Below are positions 1-8,168 of a stretch of 26,912 bases of DNA, piece by piece. Position numbers and translations under genes: made by a program. Source of the stretch: a virus (lineage: Duplodnaviria; Heunggongvirae; Uroviricota; Caudoviricetes). Every line of letters starts with the position of its first letter. Within the stretch, counting starts at the first letter, position 1. The notes below the pieces were generated by a model. That model worked only from the letters and a program-made list of their open reading frames with translations. It had not been told where the DNA came from and searched no databases. Where the stretch lies: the IMG/VR virus record IMGVR_UViG_3300033124_000732. One strand, 5' to 3'.

Positions 1-1290
1 TTGTCCCTTGGCCATGTTGGCTTTGATCAAATGATCAGTCATGGTCTGCCGCAATTGACCTACCACAGTTTCTGGACCCATGTTCATGGCACGAATGGCT
101 GATGGATATAGTGAATTGATGTCCACTGATCCAATCCACATGTGCAAGCCCTTTTTAGGATATGCTACGTAAGCACCTGCAGCCTGTGTGTCATCATCTG
201 TGAGGCGTTGCTTGCGATTGGGCACAACCATGCCACGTTCGTGTGCTTCATTGATAATGGCCTGTTCAGTCACTGCCACCGCACCCATTGTGGTTTGTAG
301 CAACACAGTATTGGCATGTGCCAGTTCATTGGCCAGATCCAAGAAGCGCAATTTCTTGTCCAGTTTGGCAATGATCATGGTGTCTTGGCGGTTGTACTCA
401 ATGAACTTCTTAAAGTGTTGGTTGTACAACTGATCCAGTGTGCCTTCAAACTGTGTTTTGCGTTCGCCCAGTTCGTATTCGCCAATAGCATCCAAACTGT
501 ATGAGTGGCGTTCTTCGTATGTGTACTTGCGATACAACTGCATATAGTCCATATGCACACGACCAATCAAGTCGTAGGTCTGATTCTCTGCGCCAAAGCG
601 TTCAAACATACGTTGCTTGGGAAACTGACCCCACAAACAAAAACGCCTTGTGTCGTCCTTGCTGAGTATTCGTGTGGTACGATTTACTGTGTAAGGAATG
701 TCATAGCCTTCTGAGTTCCAGCCTGTAAGTACATCTGCACCTTCAATCACGTCCAGGAACATCTTGATCATGTCTTCTTCACGCTCAAACAAGATGGTGT
801 TTTCAAACTCACTCACCAGCTCTTGTGCTGTGTCCCAACTTAGATGTTTGGGCGGCACTGCCAGTGTGATCATCTGATCCAACCAGTCCAAATATACAGA
901 TATTGCAGTGATAGGATTGAATGGATCTGCCACAGGTGAGAATCCGCGCTCTTGGTCAAACGCAACTTCAATGTCGAAAAATGCTGTGTGCAGTTCCGGA
1001 GCATCTTGGTCTTTGTAGTTTTCTTCCAAGCATCTAAAGATGGGATTGATGTCTGATTCATACAACTGCTTGCCAGACTGGCTGCGAACTTCCTTGCGAA
1101 ATTCTTTGTTGTTGCGCGATGAGAATCTATTTACAGGTGTGCCGTAAATACTTTGGAACTTGCCTCTAGGATCGTCATAATAGAAGATGTAGTTGGCAGG
1201 ATATTCTTTGTAGACTCGTTCGCCATTGCGGCGTTCTACAACATGAATGCGATCGTGTTCACGATCAAACAGTGCGTCGATATAGCTCAT
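1..1290 (-). CDS. polB: Family B DNA polymerase (T4 gp43-like), N-terminal 430 aa; runs off the window edge
   Basis: Not in the ORF track because no stop falls in the window. Manual translation from ATG 1290 (MSYIDALFDREHDRIHVVER...) gives ExoI FFDIEV, ExoII GWNSEGYDIPY, ExoIII YNRQD and polymerase motif A SVDINSLYPS, still open at base 1. A GGAG lies 4 nt before the ATG. Confidence 0.95.
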   Translation of the reverse strand, partial: MSYIDALFDREHDRIHVVERRNGERVYKEYPANYIFYYDDPRGKFQSIYGTPVNRFSSRNNKEFRKEVRSQSGKQLYESDINPIFRCLEENYKDQDAPELHTAFFDIEVAFDQERGFSPVADPFNPITAISVYLDWLDQMITLAVPPKHLSWDTAQELVSEFENTILFEREEDMIKMFLDVIEGADVLTGWNSEGYDIPYTVNRTTRILSKDDTRRFCLWGQFPKQRMFERFGAENQTYDLIGRVHMDYMQLYRKYTYEERHSYSLDAIGEYELGERKTQFEGTLDQLYNQHFKKFIEYNRQDTMIIAKLDKKLRFLDLANELAHANTVLLQTTMGAVAVTEQAIINEAHERGMVVPNRKQRLTDDDTQAAGAYVAYPKKGLHMWIGSVDINSLYPSAIRAMNMGPETVVGQLRQTMTDHLIKANMAKGQ

Positions 1291-1351
1291 TGATCTCCAA
1301 TTGTGGCTGGTGTGCCATGATACATGCCTGTAAAGTAGGCGACTCTACTGT

Positions 1352-1357
1352 TACTTA
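1352..1357 (-). promoter_or_regulatory. TAAGTA variant of the late-promoter box upstream of polB
   Basis: Minus strand reads ATAAGTA 61 nt upstream of the polB ATG, in the intergenic gap; one mismatch to the TAAATA motif recurring in this window. Confidence 0.4.
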
Positions 1358-1369
1358 TGCTGACAATTA

Positions 1370-1957
1370 TCAGCTGTACATTTGTTTGTGCTCGGATAAG
1401 AAGTTGCCCATTATATTATGGTCTAAAGATGTCTCTTCTTTTAATTGATTGAACCAAGACTTGCATTCTACATAATTTTCAATCAAGTCGCAAGCACGAT
1501 ACGGCGACTTTTGTAGAAATCGATAATCTGTTTCTTTGGCAATGCCAAATAAACCAAACAAGTAGAGAGAATCATTAATCAACGGTTCAAACTCAACAAT
1601 AACTGCTTCTGTAAATCTTGTTTGAGTCAGCTGCTGATGACATTCCACAAACCAAAAAGTTTTTTCAAACTCGTCTTTACTTACAAAAAAACTACTAATG
1701 TTTTTGCCAGTATACTTTACAAATTCTTTGGTACGTTGTCCTACCAAACTGCTGACAATAGTGTCAAAGTTATTTTGTCGTCGACTTATAACCACCAGTT
1801 GATCATCTGCAACGTCAACCAAGGCATTGTGAGTGTGAACTATTGGAAGTTTGAATTTGACGTGCCAATTCAAATTATGCCACACTAACATTGACCCAGT
1901 TCTGCTGGCAGACACAAGAACTATAGACTTAGCAGACATTAGAAATGATTGTTGCAT
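1370..1957 (-). CDS. Sulfotransferase-like / P-loop-like protein
   Basis: N-terminal beta strand plus loop SIVLVSASRTGSMLV resembles the sulfotransferase 5'-PSB loop (RTGS). Visibly more AT-rich than its neighbours. Confidence 0.5.
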   Translation of the reverse strand: MQQSFLMSAKSIVLVSASRTGSMLVWHNLNWHVKFKLPIVHTHNALVDVADDQLVVISRRQNNFDTIVSSLVGQRTKEFVKYTGKNISSFFVSKDEFEKTFWFVECHQQLTQTRFTEAVIVEFEPLINDSLYLFGLFGIAKETDYRFLQKSPYRACDLIENYVECKSWFNQLKEETSLDHNIMGNFLSEHKQMYS

Positions 1958-1962
1958 TACTC

Positions 1963-2220
1963 TTAAAGAGTTTTTCCAACAGTTTCAAGAATTGTTTCTA
2001 GAGTTTCGTGATCTTGTTTTTCTTTGCCAAATTCAGCCTTGTGTGCCAGTTTGATGGCCTTCTTGAGAATGGCAGGTTTGATTTCCAACTCTTCGGCCAC
2101 AGCCTTGATAGTGTCAGTGAGTCCGCCGTTGAGTGTTTCGATCTCGTGAAGCACTTGCATGCCTTCGTTGATGATTTGGGTAAGTTTGAGTTTTTGTTCG
2201 CCGTTAAATGTCTTGCTCAT
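1963..2220 (-). CDS. dsbA: T4 DsbA-like (GapR-like) double-stranded DNA-binding protein
   Basis: 85-aa helical protein; IKAVAEELEIKPAILKKAIKLAHK parallels the T4 DsbA core as recalled. Strong SD AGGAGG at 2225-2230. The symbol refers to the phage dsDNA-binding protein, not the thiol oxidase. Confidence 0.7.
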   Translation of the reverse strand: MSKTFNGEQKLKLTQIINEGMQVLHEIETLNGGLTDTIKAVAEELEIKPAILKKAIKLAHKAEFGKEKQDHETLETILETVGKTL

Positions 2221-2239
2221 AGAGCCTCCTAAAAAAACA

Positions 2240-2268
2240 AGTATACAGTTTTAGCAGAGGAATGTCAA
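2240..2268 (-). promoter_or_regulatory. Sigma70-type early promoter for dsbA-like / sulfotransferase / polB
   Basis: TTGACA (2263-2268), 17-nt spacer, TATACT (2240-2245), then AGGAGG and ATG 2220. Confidence 0.9.
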
Positions 2269-2278
2269 GATGAATTTG

Positions 2279-2349
2279 CTCACTTTGGATCGCAAGGTAG
2301 CGAATCCATTGACCCAGGCAGCAGCCGCCTACTCGGTCCTAAGGCTGAG
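2279..2349 (-). ncRNA. Candidate structured RNA (multi-stem junction with possible pseudoknot); family not recognised
   Basis: Minus strand: CTCA/TGAG closing stem; GACC..TAGGC-loop(GGCTGCT)-GCCTG.GGTC hairpin; GGAT.CGC-loop-GCG.ATCC hairpin; 5' CAGCC is complementary to loop GGCTG. GC-rich and fills the intergenic gap. Confidence 0.45.
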
Positions 2350-2354
2350 TTTGG

Positions 2355-2723
2355 TTAGCCACCTGCGGCTTGAATTCTTCTCGCTAGGGAATTGATCTGT
2401 TGGTGTAATGCCTGTGCCTCGAGGTCTCGGGGCATCATGCGGTCGGCATATTGATAACTGTCGCCGCCTAGTTGTTTATATTTGTCTTGTTTTGCAGACA
2501 GTTCTCTTTTCAATGCATCAACATCAACTGACGCTGCATCTGCTGCTGCAGATTTTGCTGCTTGTGTTTGTCGAGCCAGATACGCTGTTCGATCTTGTTT
2601 GCGTAGCTCGTCATGTTCTGGATCACCATGTATACGGAGATTGGCAAATTGAGGATTATTTTTTTGTAGCTGTTTGAAATAATCTGTCAAACTATCGTTT
2701 TCAAATAAATCAGCAAGTTTCAT
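2355..2723 (-). CDS. Hypothetical protein, putative internal head protein
   Basis: 122-aa ORF with N-terminus MKLADLFE, coupled to the upstream gene (TAA-T-ATG). Confidence 0.75.
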   Translation of the reverse strand: MKLADLFENDSLTDYFKQLQKNNPQFANLRIHGDPEHDELRKQDRTAYLARQTQAAKSAAADAASVDVDALKRELSAKQDKYKQLGGDSYQYADRMMPRDLEAQALHQQINSLARRIQAAGG

Positions 2724-2724
2724 A

Positions 2725-3411
2725 TTATCGTTCTTCTATGTAATCTTGATTGAGATTTTGTTCTGGCCGATTACGCTGTTTATGAGCGCGGAACAAATCA
2801 ACTGCTATGCCTGCTTCGTCAGATGTGCGGAATCGACTGGGCAAGCTACGACCACGATGGCGTATTTCATAACCGTTGCCTTCATCACCGTGTATTTCAA
2901 ATATGGCACCGTCATCCAGTTCCATGACTTTGATGGGCTGTTGTGGATTGCCTAGTTGGGTATCTATGTTGTCTTCGATGCCATGCACTGTGCTAGGATC
3001 AGTTAGTTCATAATCGTTTTCTTCAATTTCTTCTTCGGCGGTGTGTTTTTCCACAGCGTCTTTGGCTTTGTCTTTGAGTTCACGATCAACTCGGACTTTT
3101 TTCTCCAGTTGATCAAGATACTGTGTGAGGTCTTTTTTGACCTTGCTCAACATATCTTCTTCGACTTCTTGCATGGCCTCTCCAAGCGATGGTTTCTTTG
3201 GAACAACAGAGTCGCCCACTAACTCACCATGCATGGGATGTTGAGGATCTGTCTTGGCACCTAGTGCTCGAATGCTGTGCGGCTTGAACAATGCTGGCAA
3301 TTGATGCACTGATTTTTGTTGTTGATTAAGTCCATGTTTAACGTTTACTGGAGTAGTTTTGCCTTCTACTATACTCAAACGTTGCAGTATGTCTCTAATG
3401 TCGTTGCTCAT
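2725..3411 (-). CDS. Hypothetical modular protein, putative internal head/core protein
   Basis: 228 aa: N-terminal DIRDILQRLSIVE, a charged coiled-coil middle, a small beta/alpha C-terminal module, ending DYIEER. ATGA overlap with dps. Confidence 0.8.
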   Translation of the reverse strand: MSNDIRDILQRLSIVEGKTTPVNVKHGLNQQQKSVHQLPALFKPHSIRALGAKTDPQHPMHGELVGDSVVPKKPSLGEAMQEVEEDMLSKVKKDLTQYLDQLEKKVRVDRELKDKAKDAVEKHTAEEEIEENDYELTDPSTVHGIEDNIDTQLGNPQQPIKVMELDDGAIFEIHGDEGNGYEIRHRGRSLPSRFRTSDEAGIAVDLFRAHKQRNRPEQNLNQDYIEER

Positions 3412-3851
3412 GCTCTTTCGTCTTTCAAGAAACTTCTCAGCATCCAGCCATGCTTTTGTTGAGCATCAATGCGTTCTGCTATAAAATTAGCGATGCCTTG
3501 TTGATTTTCTTGTTCAGCAACAGCAAAGCATTGGTTAAGAAGTTCCAACAGTTGGGTGTTGTTAGCCAACAGTTCTTCAATCATGAGTCGGGCACGAGGT
3601 ATCTTGGTCTGGCCCTTGATTTCTGACAGCTCAGCAAAACGCTCAAAACTGCCCGGCGAGTAGTCGCCTAGTGCGCGAATGTATTCAGCGGTTCGGTCTA
3701 TTGATCCGTTATAGACTTCTTCATACAAGTTTCCAAAAAACTCGTGTAATTGAGCAAAGTCCGGTCCTTCCACATTCCAGTGAAACAGCTGGGCTTTGAT
3801 GCTGAAAGCATACTCAGTTGCCAGGAGAGTTTTTAAAGCGTCCGCTAACAT
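3408..3851 (-). CDS. dps: Dps / ferritin-like DNA protection protein
   Basis: HWNVEGPDFAQLHEFFGNLYEE...DRTAE ferroxidase-centre pattern and C-terminal KHGWMLRSFL. SD AAGGA upstream. Confidence 0.92.
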   Translation of the reverse strand: MLADALKTLLATEYAFSIKAQLFHWNVEGPDFAQLHEFFGNLYEEVYNGSIDRTAEYIRALGDYSPGSFERFAELSEIKGQTKIPRARLMIEELLANNTQLLELLNQCFAVAEQENQQGIANFIAERIDAQQKHGWMLRSFLKDERA

Positions 3852-4032
3852 GTTTATTCCTTTTGTATTCCTTAGGCGTGTTCGGTGTAGGATCAGAGCC
3901 TGTTACATATTTACCACTTAACATGGATCCGCCAGATCTTGACACCATGCCCAATGGCTGACTTACAGGTGCTATAGACCCTGAACTAGTGCCACCTACT
4001 GACGCATTTTCCATTATTTCTTTCATTCTCAT
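3814..4032 (-). CDS. Small hypothetical protein, putative internal head protein
   Basis: N-terminus MRMKEIME followed by a Ser/Gly-rich segment. ATGA overlap with the upstream gene; overlaps the dps start by 38 nt. Confidence 0.65.
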   Translation of the reverse strand: MRMKEIMENASVGGTSSGSIAPVSQPLGMVSRSGGSMLSGKYVTGSDPTPNTPKEYKRNKHVSGRFKNSPGN

Positions 4033-4328
4033 GATGATGGTATTTCCAATGTTATTTGATCGTCGTGTATCGCAGCATTTTTACTGACTACTCGCATGTT
4101 TCTTATTTTTAGTTTGCTGCCACACGGTTCCACCAGTTCATATTTAATTTTGTACAATCCTGGAGGTGCTTCAATCACTATCACTTCTTCTAAGTAATAC
4201 TCTTTACCATTCCAAATCCATGATCTTTCTGTAAACAACTCGTCATTTACATACAGTCTATAGCGGGTGTCATTGCCATCCCACTTGCAATAAACATCAC
4301 AATGAACTTGAACTGATTTGGTCTGCAT
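4029..4328 (-). CDS. Hypothetical beta-rich protein (99 aa)
   Basis: Start moved from 4442 to ATG 4328 (MQTKSVQVHCDVYC...), which lies 4 nt after a TAAATA box and avoids overlap with the divergent radical SAM gene. Confidence 0.75.
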   Translation of the reverse strand: MQTKSVQVHCDVYCKWDGNDTRYRLYVNDELFTERSWIWNGKEYYLEEVIVIEAPPGLYKIKYELVEPCGSKLKIRNMRVVSKNAAIHDDQITLEIPSS

Positions 4329-4332
4329 TAGA

Positions 4333-4338
4333 TATTTA
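4333..4338 (-). promoter_or_regulatory. T4-like late promoter box TAAATA
   Basis: TAAATA-TCTA-ATG(4328); no SD. Confidence 0.7.
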
Positions 4339-4352
4339 GTCAAATATACAGC

Positions 4353-4360
4353 TATAAATA
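4353..4360 (+). promoter_or_regulatory. T4 late promoter consensus TATAAATA
   Basis: Exact TATAAATA, then TCACA, then ATG 4366. Confidence 0.8.
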
Positions 4361-4365
4361 TCACA

Positions 4366-5430
4366 ATGTTAAAACTATCAGAAATTCGTCGATTGCATAT
4401 TGAATTGACCACAAGATGCAATGCAAGATGTCCCATGTGCATGCGAAATTATAGAGGGTACGAATACAATTCTGGATACCCAACATGTGAATTGTCTCTA
4501 GCAGATTTCAAACACATTGTTACTCCTGAACTGCTGGCGCAACTAATTCGCCCTGACGAACCTATTAATGGTCGAATACCAACAGTGTTTGGATTTAGAG
4601 GCATTACATTTAATGGCAATCTTGGTGATTTTGCATCAGCTCGTGATGCGGTAGACATAGTTGAATATATTGCTGCTCACAACGTGCCAGTTCATATCAA
4701 TACCAATGGTAGTTTACGCAGCCCAGACTGGTGGAGCAGACTAGCACTACCCAGAGTCACAGTGGGATTTGCAATCGACGGCATGAGTGACACTCACAAA
4801 TTATATCGTCAAGACACAGATTGGCACAGAATCATTGATCATGCACAAGCACTAATTCGTGCAGGAGGTCGGGCTGTGTGGCGATTTGTGCCTTTTGATC
4901 ACAATCGCCATCAAGAACAAGAATGCCGCCAGCTGGCACATGATCTGGGTTTTTTTGAATTTGAAAACATATACGATGGACGAGATCGTGGACCAGTATT
5001 CACTAGAGATGGAAAGTTTAGTCATGTGATTGGACTCGCTGAACCTGGTGAAGTTCCAACAATTGAAGCATTGTTAGAAAATCATGTCACTTGGTATGAT
5101 TCTAAAACATATCGTTCTCACAAAGATGTTCCAAATTTGTCAATGAACTGTATTCACAAACAAAATCAAGAAATATACATTGCCGCAGATGGTAGTGTGT
5201 ATCCATGTTGCTTTTTAGGGTTTTATCCACACACCATGAGTCATCCGGGCAACAAGGAACTGGCACCCATGGTACAAGAAAACAATGCGTTGCAGTATCC
5301 ATTGGAACATTGTTTGGCCTGGTTTGAAAGTGTAGAACAAGCATGGAGCAAATCCAGCATTGCCGAAGGCAGACCATATCAGTGTGTTAGCACTTGCGGG
5401 AAAACAGCCTCTGCTGTTGCTACTCTATAA
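4366..5430 (+). CDS. Radical SAM enzyme with C-terminal SPASM/twitch domain
   Basis: CNARCPMC (CxxxCxxC), NGNLGD, TNGS, FAIDG, and C-terminal C...IYIAADGSVYPCC...CVSTC. Start refined to ATG 4366. Confidence 0.9.
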   Translation: MLKLSEIRRLHIELTTRCNARCPMCMRNYRGYEYNSGYPTCELSLADFKHIVTPELLAQLIRPDEPINGRIPTVFGFRGITFNGNLGDFASARDAVDIVEYIAAHNVPVHINTNGSLRSPDWWSRLALPRVTVGFAIDGMSDTHKLYRQDTDWHRIIDHAQALIRAGGRAVWRFVPFDHNRHQEQECRQLAHDLGFFEFENIYDGRDRGPVFTRDGKFSHVIGLAEPGEVPTIEALLENHVTWYDSKTYRSHKDVPNLSMNCIHKQNQEIYIAADGSVYPCCFLGFYPHTMSHPGNKELAPMVQENNALQYPLEHCLAWFESVEQAWSKSSIAEGRPYQCVSTCGKTASAVATL

Positions 5431-5433
5431 TTA
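5426..5433 (+). promoter_or_regulatory. Late-promoter variant TATAATTA
   Basis: One mismatch to TATAAATA, 5 nt before ATG 5439; overlaps the radical SAM stop codon. Confidence 0.45.
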
Positions 5434-5438
5434 ATGCC

Positions 5439-6323
5439 ATGACCAGCGCAAAAATCTTATACCTAGCACGCTATCGTGTGCCGCATGCTATAATGAGCCT
5501 ACAACCAGAATTTACTCAACACCTTATTGGTGTGGATAGAACTTGCATTGCCAGTCCTGTGCCCAAAGATGAACTTTGGGAAGTATTTGAAAAGCACGGT
5601 ATAGACACTGCAAAATTTGACTATGCACCTGACTCGGAAATTTACAGAATATATCCTGAAGTTAATGACTGGGTTTTTGAAGGCGACTATAGAACCTACT
5701 GGTTGCGTCAACAGGCCATCAAGTTTGCTTTCTTAGATTATTTAGATTACGATCTCATGATCATGCATGACTGTGATTGCTTGTTGATCAAAGACTACGA
5801 GCCCTTTAAAGATGGCAAGCTGAACTTTATGGTGTTAGAAAACGAACGGCACAGTTGGGGTTACTATGAGAGCATCAAGAATGCTCTGGGCTTTGACCGA
5901 CTCACACCACACTGCTTTATTTCAGAGTTTGTGCCTGTGCTGAAAAAAGACTTCAACGACCTTGTGAAGTTCCTGGAACAAACACACAACAAAAAATGGC
6001 TGAATGCCATGATTGACTCATGCCCGCCCGAGCCTACTGTGCCACCTTGGGGCAATGGTGAACTGATTCGTTGGTTCTCTGAATACGAATTCATTGGCAA
6101 CTGGGCCATGAGTCGTCAGGATATAACCATGGAATTCCAGCGTAGATATCACTATGACGACATGGAAAAGATTGGCGACTTTGACCCCACTTACCATACT
6201 GCTGTGTGTGATGCTGTGCCTGACCTAAGTCGCAGTTTGCAGTTTGACTGGGACAAAAAAGAAATTCCTAAGTTTGATTACTACATGGACAAGATTCGTG
6301 AAAGACTTGCACGCCACACTTAA
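5439..6323 (+). CDS. DUF6492-like putative glycosyltransferase (GT-A-like)
   Basis: YWLRQQAIKF motif followed by MHDCDCLLIK (DxD), resembling the paralogue at 8677-9486. Start refined to ATG 5439. Confidence 0.6.
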   Translation: MTSAKILYLARYRVPHAIMSLQPEFTQHLIGVDRTCIASPVPKDELWEVFEKHGIDTAKFDYAPDSEIYRIYPEVNDWVFEGDYRTYWLRQQAIKFAFLDYLDYDLMIMHDCDCLLIKDYEPFKDGKLNFMVLENERHSWGYYESIKNALGFDRLTPHCFISEFVPVLKKDFNDLVKFLEQTHNKKWLNAMIDSCPPEPTVPPWGNGELIRWFSEYEFIGNWAMSRQDITMEFQRRYHYDDMEKIGDFDPTYHTAVCDAVPDLSRSLQFDWDKKEIPKFDYYMDKIRERLARHT

Positions 6324-7371
6324 GGTATTTTCTCCGGGTTACCACGCAACTGAATGGGGGTTTGATTTCAAGCAGATTGTGGATTTGCCAACTGCCCTGG
6401 CACAGCCGCATCGCATAGCAGTGATGCCAGTGTTTTACAGTTTGCCTAACAAGTTTGATTATTGTCCAGAGTACATGCAATTTCCTTTGCATGAGTTTGA
6501 TCTTGTGTTATTCACTGACATCGAATGGCGCAGCAAAAAAGAACTTGTGACCTGGATCGAGACCACAGGAGTCAAAAATTGGCTATTGCACACAGCCAGC
6601 ATTTGGTTGGATGAACCTGCTGACCCAAGAGTAATTTACAGACCAGCCTGGAGTTTTAATTTCCTACGTTGGAATCCACCACGTGTGGATTTCCCACTTG
6701 ACCGCCCGTATGCATTTGAGTGTTTGCTAGGAGCCAGGCGCGAGCACAGAGACTTTGCCATGCTGGGTCTACAACAATCAGGATTACTGGAGCAAGGCAT
6801 TGTGACCTACAGAGATCTGTTTGTGGGCCATTGGATCAATCAAACTCCTGAACGTGTGACTGCACTGTTTAACAACACAAAATTGCAATATCCTTATGTG
6901 AGCCCACACCTTGACCCTTTATGGGAAGTAAAATCTCAAATGGACCATTCAGTCAGTGGATTTGTGCCATGGGAAATATACAATCGTACTTGGTTTTCAG
7001 TGGTGTGTGAAACTCTGGGCAAACACGTCTCTGAAGACCGCATATTTTTGTCAGCAGAAAAAATGGCCAAATGCCTGCAAGCTCGCAGACTGTTTGTGGT
7101 ATTTGCTATACAAGGGTTTTTGCAATATTACCGAGACTGGGGATTTGAAACTTTTGGCGATGTCATAGACGAATCATACGACAACAAGCCAGACGACATT
7201 GCAAGATGGCATGGTGCGCTTGAACAAGTGCAATGGTTGTGCAGTCAAGATTTGCCTGCACTGCTGAAAAAATTAAAACCCAGACTAGACCACAATCACA
7301 ATAGACTGTATGAGTTTGAACAGGAAAACACTCAACAGCTACAGAATTTTGTTGTGAATCACTTGAAGTAA
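6307..7371 (+). CDS. Putative glycosyltransferase with a GT10 (fucosyltransferase)-like C-terminal motif
   Basis: FSVVCET...FLSAEKMAKCL...GFETFGDVIDESYD resembles the GT10 FEN...TEK nucleotide-sugar motif. The start is uncertain: TTG 6307 is preferred over 6244. Confidence 0.5.
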   Translation: MHATLKVFSPGYHATEWGFDFKQIVDLPTALAQPHRIAVMPVFYSLPNKFDYCPEYMQFPLHEFDLVLFTDIEWRSKKELVTWIETTGVKNWLLHTASIWLDEPADPRVIYRPAWSFNFLRWNPPRVDFPLDRPYAFECLLGARREHRDFAMLGLQQSGLLEQGIVTYRDLFVGHWINQTPERVTALFNNTKLQYPYVSPHLDPLWEVKSQMDHSVSGFVPWEIYNRTWFSVVCETLGKHVSEDRIFLSAEKMAKCLQARRLFVVFAIQGFLQYYRDWGFETFGDVIDESYDNKPDDIARWHGALEQVQWLCSQDLPALLKKLKPRLDHNHNRLYEFEQENTQQLQNFVVNHLK

Positions 7372-8168
7372 GCAAGCCAGTGCTGATAGAAGTGTTCAGC
7401 AATGATTTCTTGTCCAGCAGGGCTTGAGTGATAGCCAGGATCTTCGCCCGTAAACGGATTGTTACCGCAAATGGCCTGTGGCGAGCGTGCTTCGTCCAAG
7501 TTGATATAGTGATCAGGTACAAGAGCAGGAAATGCTTCGCGCCACTGATTGACATTGGCAGGGTCAAAGGGCCATAACAAGTTAGGCAGCACCAAGAACT
7601 GGATGTCTTCTAAGAACATGGTGATCACACCTTCTCGTATCATCCACTCGTCCTGTTGTTTTTTCCAGGCATTGTCGTAGATTGAATCAATCCAATGCCG
7701 CACACCCGTCTGCGCTTGTTTAGTAATGCGGCCCATTCTGTACGGATGATCAAAGTTTTCAGCTAGTGTAAAGATAGTTTCACAGATCATGTTTGATTGC
7801 TCTCGACCATAGTTTACATTGCGTATGCCATCTTCTCTGCAGTAACCATTACCTAGTTTTCTATTCTGTAAGTGCTGTTCCAATGGAGGATTTTCTCCTG
7901 CACTAGGCGCTTGAGTCCAGTCATAAGGCACAGAGTTGGCAGGTATTTCCATCCTATCCCAAAAGGTAGGCCCAATCACAGCAAAGTCTGGACGCTGTCT
8001 ACGAATTTCATCTATTTGAATGCGTATGCCGCCATTTGAACAGCCTTGTCTAGCAAGATTGACCAATTCCCAGCCGCCTAGTTTTTCAGCCAGGCGTTCA
8101 CTCCAGGCAGTGCCCGGTAAAGTTTGACTCACAGCTGAAAATGAACAGCCTGCTACCATTAATTTCAT
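7359..8168 (-). CDS. SGNH/GDSL-like hydrolase or acyltransferase
   Basis: Block I MVAGCSFS, block II NLARQGCSN, C-terminal DPGYH. Its 3' end overlaps the convergent gene by 13 nt. Confidence 0.75.
   Translation of the reverse strand: MKLMVAGCSFSAVSQTLPGTAWSERLAEKLGGWELVNLARQGCSNGGIRIQIDEIRRQRPDFAVIGPTFWDRMEIPANSVPYDWTQAPSAGENPPLEQHLQNRKLGNGYCREDGIRNVNYGREQSNMICETIFTLAENFDHPYRMGRITKQAQTGVRHWIDSIYDNAWKKQQDEWMIREGVITMFLEDIQFLVLPNLLWPFDPANVNQWREAFPALVPDHYINLDEARSPQAICGNNPFTGEDPGYHSSPAGQEIIAEHFYQHWLAYFK

Noticed and set aside
1-1290. Frameshift, intron or intein in polB
   Set aside because: Manual translation from FFDIEV to base 1 is continuous and in frame with ATG 1290, and the motifs are normally spaced. 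The gene was missing from the track only because it lacks a stop in the window.
2279-2349. Intrinsic terminator, tRNA or a known ribozyme/riboswitch
   Set aside because: No U-tract and no cloverleaf, and the conserved cores of hammerhead, twister, pistol, HDV-like and c-di-GMP motifs as I recall them are not matched. Kept only as an unknown candidate.
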